A DNA stretch of 64,000 nt from Eledone cirrhosa (Eukaryota). Shown here piece after piece: positions 1 through 11,179 of this stretch; the first letter of the stretch is position 1; every line of letters starts with the position of its first letter. The stretch lies in NCBI GenBank assembly GCA_964016885.1, contig OZ024746.1, forward strand, positions 50,902,001-50,966,000. The letters are read 5' to 3'. The notes beneath the pieces were generated by a model. It was not told where the DNA came from and ran no database searches. It was given only the letters and a program-made list of their open reading frames with translations. Position numbers and translations under genes: made by a program.

Positions 1-241
1 ATGCCACACGTGTGACTGTTGCATACACTTTCCTTTTGCTTTATCTTAGTAGACTGCCAATGTTTTATTTTTATTTTTATTTTTATTTTGTCCTTTAATA
101 TGACTGTAATCTTTGTATGTAAATTACCATGCTATATTATTATAATGGATGTCAACCCACAGTGGGTCAATATATACATATGTTTCTATATGTCTCTTGT
201 GTTGAAAAGGAAGTCAAGTATGTTAAAAATCACTGAATAAT

Positions 242-288
242 TGCTCCGAAGACTCCAAACCGAGGTTTGGAAGAAATAATTGTAAGCA
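242..288 (+). ncRNA. Degenerate minimal type I hammerhead ribozyme (U4C core) in a PLE terminal-repeat fragment
   Basis: TGCT-CCGAAGA-C-TCCAAAC(CGAG)GTTTGGA-A-GAAA-T-AATT-G-TA-AGCA. Stem I TGCT/AGCA, 7-bp stem II, palindromic stem III loop; (TA)n follows downstream. Confidence 0.55.
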
Positions 289-347
289 GATAAATGATTT
301 AAACAGAACTTAGTTTCATGTAATCTCTATATATTTATATATATATA

Positions 348-1447
348 CTAGCAGTAAAGCCCGGCGTTGCTCGGGGTCGCTCAGTAGCTGTGTTAAAGTT
401 ACAATGTTAAGTTTCTTTTTTGGCTTAAAGTCTGTCTGCACGACTGTCTGTCTGCACTCCTAACGAAATTTACAGATACATATATTTTAAATAAACTTAT
501 ATAATTTTTGCTTTTTTTTACGAAATATTTGCTTGTTTTACGTAGTCTTTAAATAGACTTGTTTTCAAGTAAAAATATTGTTTTAAAAGGCTTTTAAATG
601 GAAATGAAGCAAAACGGAAGCTTAGTGTTCGAACTGGTGAATTTTGCAGGTCAAAATTTTGCTGGCTCGACAACTGTTCGTGTATTGTGTTAATGTCATT
701 TTAAACGCTGAGAAAGCCAGCGTAATTTTTTTAATTTTTGCACGCAGAAAATGTAAACAGAACGTAAGACGCTCAATGTAAACAGAACAAAGGGAAATAA
801 CTCGTCACTTACGCTCAAAAATCGATACATTAGATTCGATTTCGTCACATAGGGTGGGTCAATTTGAAATATTTTTTTCCGATGTCTTCGCTAGGGCTCA
901 ATGTAAAAGTATAGCAATTTCGGTGCAATTCCGTCAGAGATTCTAAGAGGAGATGTGTGCCAAAAATCGATAGACAGACAGACAACCACAGCTTTATATA
1001 TATAGAACAAAGGGAAATAACTCGTCACTTACGCTCAAAAATCGATACATTAGATTCAATTTCGTCACATAGGGTGGGTCAATTTGAAATATTTTTTTCC
1101 GATGTCTTCGCTAGGGCTCAATGTACAAGTATAGCAATTTCGGTGCAATTCCGTCAGAGATTCTAAGAGGAGATGTGTGCCAAAAATCGATAGACAGACA
1201 GACAACCACAGCTTTATATATATAGAACAAAGGGAAATAACTCGTCACTTACGCTCAAAAATCGATACATTAGATTCGATTTCGTCACATAGGGTGGGTC
1301 AATTTGAAATATTTTTTTTCCGATGTCTTCGCTAGGGCTCAATGTACAAGTATAGCAATTTCGGTGCAATTCCGTCAGAGATTCTAAGAGGAGATGTGTG
1401 CCAAAAATCGATAGACAGACAGACAACCACAGCTTTATATATATAGA
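348..1447 (-). mobile_element. Non-autonomous Helitron
   Basis: Minus strand starts A|TCTATATATATAAAG...(TGTC)n and ends with hairpin CCCGAGCAACGCCGGG, a short spacer and CTAG|T. These are the canonical Helitron termini at an A|T target. Confidence 0.8.
785..1447. repeat. Three tandem copies of a 220-bp unit (the Helitron 5' end)
   Basis: GAACAAAGGGAAATAACTCG starts at 785, 1005 and 1225; copies are nearly identical. Confidence 0.95.
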
Positions 1448-1448
1448 T

Positions 1449-1468
1449 TATATTTATATATATATATT

Positions 1469-1501
<33 letters not shown>

Positions 1502-1555
1502 TTATATATATATATATTTATATATATATATATTTATATATATATATATTTATAT

Positions 1556-1588
<33 letters not shown>

Positions 1589-1770
1589 AATATATATATA
1601 TATAAATATATATATATAAATATATATATAAATATATAAATATATAAATATATAAATATATAAATATATATATATATAAATATAAATATATAAATATATA
1701 AATATAATCAGAAGATCCCGTTAAGGGTGAAAGCAGCGATTCTTTGCTTAAACTTTAATCTGTTATTTTA

Positions 1771-1831
<61 letters not shown>
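1449..1831. repeat. (TA)n-type microsatellite with an embedded PLE tail fragment (1709-1780) holding a 5'-truncated hammerhead
   Basis: CAGAAGA-TCCC(GTTAA)GGGT-GAAA-GCA..TGC-TT at 1709-1750. The same tail recurs as a fold-back at 29394-29459. Confidence 0.6.
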
Positions 1832-1833
<2 letters not shown>

Positions 1834-1837
1834 AAAA

Positions 1838-2822
1838 AGGAAAATTATTTGGTTCACACCCAGCTTCTCTCTAACTGTCAAAACTAATGTAGGAAGGAAA
1901 TTCCTTGAACTCTTAGATAAACATTTTACTCCTAATCATAGATATTATAAGATATTTAATAGGAACGTAGTTAAGATCAGTTACTCTTTTTGCCCATCTA
2001 TGAAGTCCAAGATCACTAGTTCAAATCATACGAGATCAAATCCAGGATGCAGTTACAGGAAGCCGGATGAATGCTCATTGCAGGGCAAATGTAACACCAA
2101 ATCTGTTGTTTATGAGGCTAAAATAACACCGTTAATCAACAACCAGCCAGCCAGCCAGGAGTGAGCGATATGTCGGCATGATCCAGGACAGGTTGTACTC
2201 ACATGTCGCTTCTTTTAAGCACTCCGAAAAACGAACAACAACAGCCCTCGCAAGTAAGGTGTGGGAATTCAAGGATAATAACATCCCGTACTCTATCGGT
2301 TGGTCTATTTTAGACCATTTGAGGGAGTACCAAAAGGGGCACAGAATTGTTCTTTGTGTACCACAGAAAAATATAGGATTTTGCTAAACTCTAAAGCCAC
2401 TTCTGCTTGCCTGAACTCAATGACCGAGATCTTCAGATGTTGTCCTCATCTGAAATCACATCTGATCTGTAACTGGATTGACATTCCTATGATAACTCAA
2501 CCGCCTTGAACTTCTCTGCTCTTTACTTCTACTACGGTTTTTTTACCTGCTGAATCCACGTTCTGCACTCTTGTATTCTCTTTCTCCCTTATCTCCCCTT
2601 ATATTTAACCTTTTCCTATGTCCTTTTCCCCCTTTCCCCCCCTATATTTTTTGCCTTACCCTTCACATACCATAATGTATGTGTATATATATATGTGTGT
2701 GTATGTGTATATATATGGATAGACCAGGATTTTTTCATTCTGATGATTGAAGGAAACATTTTTTGCTTTTAAGAAACCACTGGTAAATGGAATAATTGCC
2801 TTTTATTGTTTATTAAATAACT
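1838..2822 (+). mobile_element. Penelope-like element (Naiad-like), decayed 3' fragment: GIY-YIG region plus terminal repeat
   Basis: Broken frames give IIWFTP..KFLELLDKHF..YYKIFNRN, GCSYRKPDECSLQGKCNTKSVVYEA, HSEKRTTTALASKVWEFKD and CSLCTTEKYRIL..CCPH; hammerhead at 2736-2789. Confidence 0.85.
2736..2789 (+). ncRNA. Type I hammerhead ribozyme (PLE terminal repeat)
   Basis: CATT-CTGATGA-stem II-GAAA-CC(ACT)GG-TA-AATG. Confidence 0.7.
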
Positions 2823-3311
2823 ATATATATAGATATATATATATAGCCTCAGAAAAGGCTTGAGCTCTGCCGTAGGGTCAGGCTTCTTCCTATGTGTGTG
2901 TATATATATATATATATATGTATATGTATATATACGTTTTTGTATGTGTGTTTGTATTTCTGTGGTTGGGTTTTTGTGTGTGTGTGTGTGTGTATGTATA
3001 TATTTGTATGTGTGTGTGTGTGTGTGTATATGTATAATTGTATTAGGGTGTATGTATGTGCATCATTACATATAGTGATTTGATGAATATTAACCTCAAC
3101 GGGATTTGAGTTCAAATCCCGTCGAGGTTAACTTTGCCTTTCATCCTTACGGGGTCGCTAAAATAAAGTAGCAGTAGTGTACTGGGTAATTGCTGGCCTT
3201 GTGCCAAAAGTAGAAACAATTATATATAGTGATTTGATGAATATTTTCATTGATCTTTTGCTCCATGAACTTGTTGAGTGCTCTAGGTCTGCTATGGGCA
3301 TTTATACCCTT

Positions 3312-4500
<1,189 letters not shown>

Positions 4501-4615
4501 CATGTGTGTTTTTATTTTATTTTTCCTTTCCTTCTTCCTTCTCCAGCCTCAGTTTCATATAGACTGCATTTTTGTTTTTTAAGAATCCAATTCAATAAAT
4601 AGACCAGGATTTTTT

Positions 4616-4669
4616 CATTCTGATGATTGAAAGCAAAATCTTTTGCTTTTAAGAAACCACTGGTAAATG
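4616..4669 (+). ncRNA. Type I hammerhead ribozyme, second copy of the 2736 family
   Basis: CATT-CTGATGA-TTGAAAGCAAAA/TTTTGCTTTTAA (long stem II)-GAAA-CC(ACT)GG-TA-AATG; GUA cleavage triplet. Confidence 0.8.
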
Positions 4670-4853
4670 GAATAATTGCCTTATGTTGTTTATTACATAA
4701 CTATATATATATATTTATATATATATTTATATATATATATGTATATATTTATATATATATTTATATATATATATGCCCACTACTAATTTTCATAGAAAAA
4801 GCATATAACGATATGTGCTTTTACGATTCTCTAGAAAGGCCGGAAGATAGGTA

Positions 4854-4898
4854 AATATTGCTGATGAGATGTAACAACATCGAAACTAGTCCAATATT
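4854..4898 (+). ncRNA. Minimal type I hammerhead ribozyme
   Basis: AATATTG-CTGATGA-GATGT(AACA)ACATC-GAAA-CTAG-TC-CAATATT. 7-bp stem I, 5-bp stem II, palindromic ACTAGT stem III, GUC cleavage after 4891. Confidence 0.92.
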
Positions 4899-5226
4899 CC
4901 TTGTCTGGCTTTCTGGAGAATAGAGGAAAGGTGTTTCCTCGAAAACCAGTATGACTCTAAAAACCGGTTTGTCTGTGTGTTTACATACAGAATAGCTGGA
5001 CACTCACAGTAAAGTGTCCAGTGAAAAACTCGGTACATCTACATATGTACACGTGTGTGTATTCATATGCATACTAGTATTTCAGTATACATATGTGGAT
5101 GTACATTTTTAACTGAATTGTTTAAGCGTCAGTCATACAAAAGTGAGTTACAAACGAAACGAAATTTAATTTCGTTTCGTTATTTGTTTTTATCGTCTCC
5201 GCTGAACCGGTACGTACTCACGCTCT

Positions 5227-5234
5227 ATGCAAAT
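5227..5234 (+). promoter_or_regulatory. Octamer motif ATGCAAAT conserved between retrozyme-like families A and B
   Basis: 100 nt upstream of the hammerhead core. Also at 40348-40355, 46904-46911 and 62548-62555 (minus) and 47292-47299 (plus) in family A. Function is inferred. Confidence 0.45.
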
Positions 5235-5319
5235 TAGTCTGCCCACTACTAATTTTCATAGAAAAAGCATATAACGATATGTGCTTTTACGATTCTCTAG
5301 AAAGGCCGGAAGATAGGTA

Positions 5320-5364
5320 AATATTGCTGATGAGATGTAACAACATCGAAACTAGTCCAATATT
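5320..5364 (+). ncRNA. Minimal type I hammerhead ribozyme (identical second copy)
   Basis: Same sequence as 4854-4898, shifted by 466; predicted cleavage after 5357. Confidence 0.92.
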
Positions 5365-5666
5365 CCTTGTCTGGCTTTCTGGAGAATAGAGGAAAGGTGT
5401 TTCCTCGAAAACCAGTATGACTCTAAAAACCGGTTTGTCTGTTTGTTTACATACAGAATAGCTGGACACTCACACTAAAGTGTCCAGTGAAAAACTCGGT
5501 ACATCTACATATGTACACGTGTGTGTATTCATATGCATACTAGTATTTCAGTATACATATGTGGATGTACATTTTTAACTGAATTGTTTAAGCGTCAGTC
5601 ATACAAAAGTGAGTTACAAACGAAACGAAATTTAATTTCGTTTCGTTATTTGTTTTTATATATATA

Positions 5667-5783
<117 letters not shown>

Positions 5784-6003
5784 TTATATATATATATATT
5801 TATATATAAATGACTGTATATATATATATTTATATATATATATTTATATATAAATGACTGTTGTTTCATGTAAACAAACATTTGTCTCATTCTGACGTCA
5901 CCAGCCCTGTTTTTCCACATGTGCGTTTATTTTAATAACCACGCATGATGTTAAACTAGCCTGCTTTTAAATTCCCTTTTTGGCATATTGGTTACCATGT
6001 TGA

Positions 6004-6085
6004 GCTCTGCTGAGGAACGAAATCCAACCGTGACCATCTCTACTGAAAGTTTTCGTGAAATAGTCTTTTCAAGACTATACAGAGC
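6004..6085 (+). ncRNA. Type I hammerhead ribozyme with full stem III
   Basis: GCTCTG-CTGAGGA-ACGAAA..TTTCGT-GAAA-TAGTCTT(TTC)AAGACTA-TA-CAGAGC. Confidence 0.8.
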
Positions 6086-6421
6086 ATTTGAAGTTGTCCT
6101 AAATTGAAGGTTGAGTACTTTAGACTTTGTTTTATCATATTGATTTTTCCCTGGATTTCTCTAAATTCTGTTGGATAAATCTATATCCTGATTACTTTTG
6201 AATTGAGTCTGAATTATTTTTCCCATATCTTATGTTAACTATTTTCCCATTTTGACGCTATAGTCACATATATGTTATGGAATACTGTTAGCTTCTCGCT
6301 ACAACAATTTCTATACTTTTCATTTATATATATTTATATATATATATATTTATATATATATATTTATTATATATATATATATATTTATTATATATATATA
6401 TATTTATATATATATGTATAA

Positions 6422-6467
<46 letters not shown>

Positions 6468-6558
6468 GTATATATTTATATATGTATATATTTATATATG
6501 TATATATTTATATATATATATATATTTATATATGTATATATTTATATATGTATATATT

Positions 6559-6589
<31 letters not shown>

Positions 6590-6746
6590 GTATATATTTA
6601 TATATGTATATATATATTTATATATGTATATATTTATATATGTATATATTTATATATGTATATATTTATATATCTATATATTTATATATATATATAGATA
6701 TTTATATATATATATATTTATATATATATATATTTATATATATATA

Positions 6747-6787
<41 letters not shown>

Positions 6788-6825
6788 TTATATATATATA
6801 TTTATATATATTTATATATATATTT

Positions 6826-7158
6826 ATAATATTAAATAAATGGAAACTATATTTATAAAACCATATTTATTTCATTATATATATTTCAGGGATATCATAT
6901 TAACAATATGCTATGCCTTCCTCAGACAAAATACAATATAAACAGTTTTATAGATAAATAGATTTGACATACCGTAACAACATCGACTTGTATTTGAAAA
7001 AGTTGAATTGGCAGTGAAAATGCTTTTATATCAGTTATAAATATTTACTAGTTGAATTGGCAGTGAAAATGCTTTTATATCAGTTATAAGTCGAATGCTT
7101 TTATATCAGTTATAAATATTTACTAGTTGTAACCCAACAATTTAAATATAACTTTCCA
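6826..7158 (-). mobile_element. Solo terminal-repeat fragment of the 10598-15021 PLE family with an inverted piece; hammerhead 6868-6933
   Basis: 6826-6995 matches 10690-10860; 7095-7158 is the reverse complement of about 10600-10663; flanked by (TA)n. Confidence 0.85.
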
Positions 7159-7206
7159 TGTATATATATTTATATATATTTATATATATATATATTTATA
7201 TATATT

Positions 7207-7237
<31 letters not shown>

Positions 7238-7238
7238 T

Positions 7239-7275
<37 letters not shown>

Positions 7276-7447
7276 ATTTATATATATATATACATATTTA
7301 TATATTCATCAGAACGAAAAGTTTAAGCAAAGAATATATATATATATACACCCGCCCCCCACTCTCAAGAGCGTGAAACTAATAAACCTTTGTTTGTACT
7401 GCCTCTCTGTTTCTGTTCCAGTTTTCACTATATATATATATATATAT

Positions 7448-7800
7448 AGGAAAAAAAATGAGACCGACGGCAAAGCTCAAGCAATTTCGACGGCTATTTC
7501 TGGACTAAATTAGAATTTTGAGCCTGGTGAATAAATAGCCCAACTTGTCAAGGGGGTACTTCGTTATATGGGAAATGTTAACCAATCCCCTTGACAACTA
7601 GAATCTTCCCATATAAGGAAGTAACCCCTTGACAAGTTCGGCTATTTATTCACCAGGCTAAAAATTCTAATTTCGTCCAGAATAGCCGTCGAAACGGCTT
7701 GAGCTCTGCCGTCGGGGTCATGCTTTTTCCTATTTCCCACTCTACTACGCTAAGTATTGCGTTATGGTCCATCTGGTTCCTTACCACAATTCCTTTGTTA
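7448..7800 (+). mobile_element. PLE-type tail with fold-back (inverted) 5' end
   Basis: 7448-7580 is inverted relative to about 7600-7733. Same family at 2846-2893, 9855-10035 and 52610-52652; more distant relatives at 21365-21548 and 37860-37995. Confidence 0.65.
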
Positions 7801-7803
7801 TAT

Positions 7804-7859
<56 letters not shown>

Positions 7860-7862
<3 letters not shown>

Positions 7863-9380
7863 CAAAAGATGGTTAAAAGAGTTCCATGTATTTTATTATG
7901 CGCATTTCAAAAACAAATATCATCATGCAATAACATTTGTGTTTTCATCAGATAAAATAGGAAGACATGATATGAAGGTTAAAAAACACTTGTGAATAGT
8001 GCAGTTTTAAATCAACATATGAAAAGTAGTTTTAGATTGATGTGTGATATTGGGAAGAAAATTTTTGAGGGGGGTGGGGGGTGGGGGTAGGAAAGGATGA
8101 AAAAGAGGAGGAGATGAGAGTAAAAAGTGGAGGGGGAGGAGTATAATGAGGAAGGATGAGATAGGAGGAGAGATGGGTGATAGAGAGAGAGAGATAGCTT
8201 TTATAACTGAGAAAAATATATTGTTTTACATAGAGAGGTTGAAAAACCGTTGGAAGATAATATATAAATTAAAAGAATTTGAAAATAAATGAAGAGAAAA
8301 ATAATGTTAAGTTAAGGTTTGTATATTGAAGGGTTTAATAATATGTGCGATGAAAAGAAATTGTTAATATGTATTAAGAATAATATTTAAGGGTTTAATA
8401 ATATGTGCGATGGAAAGAAAATGTTAATATGTATTAAGAATAATATTTAAGGGTTTAATAATATGTGCGATGGAAAGAAAATGTTAATATGTATTAAGAA
8501 TAATATTTAAGGGTTTAATAATATGTGCGATGGAAAGAAAATGTTGATATGTATTATTAAAAAAAAGCAATAGTAATGTAAGTAAGGATATATTGTGAAA
8601 GAAGTAGAAGATAGGATGAATAAGTTAGATGAGCATGAAAGGGAGAAAAGAATAATGAATTGAGGATGAATAATCTAACGTCAAAAAAATGTTTATGTTT
8701 ACGAAGGATTTTTTCAAGGTGATATAAGAATATATTGTACTGTGTAATAATTGTTTCTATGTTAGGCACAATGAGAAAAGGTACAGATTAGGGGTTAGAA
8801 ATTAAAAGAAAAAGAAAAGAAAAGGAAAAGGAAGAAAGGGAAGTGATAAATAGGAGTGATATAGAATGAGTAACTAGTATTATATAATGTATAATAAATA
8901 ACTTTGAAATAAGGTAGAAAGATGGGTATATTTTTAAAGAAGTATATATATATATATGTGTGCCTTTGAGAAAAGGATTTTAAATTGATAAAGTATTAGT
9001 TATTAGCTGTATACTTTATGGAATGTTCTGTGGAATTTATGCAAGCAGAGAGAAAACAAGTCAGTGCGTCTATTTATTATAGAATCTAAATTAGATATAA
9101 TGGTAAATTTTTCATTTAAACAGAGATTGCAAGTCTTGGATAGAGAACTGTTCAAGTATGGAGAAGCAGAAGAAACCTTTTTCCAAGAGATGTTATATTT
9201 AATATTTTTGTCTTTCAAGGGCCATATGAGTTCTGAGAGTGCCGTGTTGGTTCTTTTAAGTTGGTATTTAAAAGACGAATGATGATTATAAAGACGAGCT
9301 TTAAAGGAGGTGGAAGTGGAGCCAAAATAGGTGAAGGAATTGGTGTCAGTTATAACTTTACAATAAAACTCACCTCCTAC
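7860..9380 (-). mobile_element. Naiad-like PLE 3' fragment (GIY-YIG, 3' UTR, hammerhead 7891-7957)
   Basis: Minus strand: FTYFGSTSTSFKARLYNHHSSFKY..TALSELIWPLKDKNIKY..CNLCLNEKFTII..CLH. Sister copy at 41255-42930 (+). Hammerhead TTTTAT-CTGATGA..GAAA-T-GCGC-A-TA-ATAAAA. Confidence 0.88.
8329..8557. repeat. 60-bp minisatellite, about 3.8 copies, inside the PLE 3' UTR
   Basis: AAGGGTTTAATAATATGTGCGATGGAAAGAAAATG.. at a 60-bp period. Confidence 0.92.
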
Positions 9381-9806
9381 ATATATATTGACTTGCTTTA
9401 TCGGGAAAATTAATTAATTAAATAACTCCTCGATTCCAACATTTTATGTTAAAATGCTTGAATCTGTGATTGTTCTTGGCCTTCTCTCGTCACTTCCGCC
9501 ATTGCTTTATTTTATTTTACATTCATTTCAATCAATGACAATATTCTTATTTCATTTGTTTATCAATTGTTATCAAACGTATATAAACTAAATTACGATA
9601 TCTTTGTTCTACTTAGCTTTCTATCTGCCTGTCTTCGTACTGCTATTGGGATTTTACTTCGTTGTTATCATTGTTCTTGTCGGAAGTTAGATACATTAGT
9701 AAATATACACAAATAGATAACTATATAACTGACAATGAGTCAGACAGACAGACAGATACAAGAGCAGGCAGCGAGGTAAATAGACAATTAGGTAGGTATA
9801 TGTATG

Positions 9807-9854
<48 letters not shown>

Positions 9855-9858
<4 letters not shown>

Positions 9859-10032
9859 AAAAGATATGACCCCGACGGCAGAGCTCAAGCGGCTATTTCT
9901 AGAAATAGCCGTCGAAACTGCTCGAGCTCTGCCGTCGGGGTTATATCTTTTCCTATTACCCACTCTACTACCCTAAGTATTGAGTACTCTGGTGCGTTAT
10001 GGTCCATCTAATTCCTCACCACAATTCCTTCG

Positions 10033-10035
<3 letters not shown>
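9855..10035 (+). mobile_element. PLE-type tail with palindromic 5' end (centre 9900/9901)
   Basis: TAGGAAAAGATATGACCCCGACGGCAGAGCTC..TTTCT|AGAAA..GAGCTCTGCCGTCGGGGTTATATCTTTTCCTA. Confidence 0.7.
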
Positions 10036-10092
<57 letters not shown>

Positions 10093-10277
10093 CGGTAGAA
10101 CACTGGAAGGTAATATCCGTAGTGGTAGAGCACTCAGTCCATGGGACGAGTTAGGTAGAAGTGGTTACACAACAGTTAGTTCTTCATACCGAGAACAATT
10201 GTTTCACCTTAGCGGATCCGCTAAGGTGAAACAATTGTTCTCGGTATGGCGAACTAACTGTTGTGTAACCACTTCTA
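10093..10277 (-). mobile_element. PLE terminal-repeat fragment with 122-bp palindrome (10156-10277)
   Basis: Near-perfect inverted repeat centred on GGA|TCC. Same family as the hammerhead-bearing repeats at 49313-49450 and 52789-52922. Confidence 0.8.
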
Positions 10278-10395
10278 TATATATATATATATATCACATA
10301 AGAAACATTTCTTATGTGATATTATACTCTGCTCTGTAAGAGCATCGAGTGCTCAAACGGCCTACCGCTTACGGACGCTTTAAGCATCCCACAAC

Positions 10396-10436
<41 letters not shown>

Positions 10437-10514
10437 GACACACAGACAGACACACACATGTACATGCATACATATATAAATCTACCTAATAATCTATCTA
10501 CCTACATATATGTG

Positions 10515-10597
<83 letters not shown>

Positions 10598-10603
<6 letters not shown>

Positions 10604-11148
10604 AAAGTTATATTTAAATTGTTGGGTTACAACTAGTAAATATTTATAACTGATATAAAAGCACTTGACAAATATTTGGTGTATATTTACAATATTAAAT
10701 AAATGGAAACTATATTTATAAAACCATATCTATTTCATCATATATATTTCAGGGATATCATATTAACAATATGCTATGCCTTCCTCAGACAAAATACAAT
10801 ATAAACAGTTTTATAGATAAATAGATTCGACATACCGTAAACAACATCTACTTGCATTTGAGAAGGTTGATTTGGTAGTGACAAAATTGTACACAGAGAG
10901 AAAGAAAGAGAGAGAGAAAAAAGAGAAAAAGAGAGAAAAAAGGAAAGAAAGACAGAAAACGAAGAAAAAGAAAAAGAAGAAATGCATGGAACAAAATAGA
11001 GAGATGGAAAGATAGATAAAGAGAAGAACTTCATGTAAAGAAACAGAAAGAGATATATATATAGAGAGAGGAAATAGAGATAGATACATATATATATATA
11101 GAAAGCTAGGTAGTGGGACGTCTGTTGAATAACGTATCAATGATACAT

Positions 11149-11179
<31 letters not shown>

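Larger units (their letters stand above)
4774..5659 (+). mobile_element. Retrozyme-like element, family B: 1.9 head-to-tail copies of a 466-bp non-coding unit, one hammerhead per unit
   Basis: TGCCCACTACTAATTTTC at 4774 and 5240 (period 466); hammerheads at 4854-4898 and 5320-5364; (TA)n on both flanks; no credible ORF. Confidence 0.85.

Noticed and set aside
8329-8557. Regular repeats resembling a CRISPR array (also 785-1447 and 25725-25920)
   Set aside because: Contiguous tandem units with no unique spacers, no cas genes, eukaryotic context.
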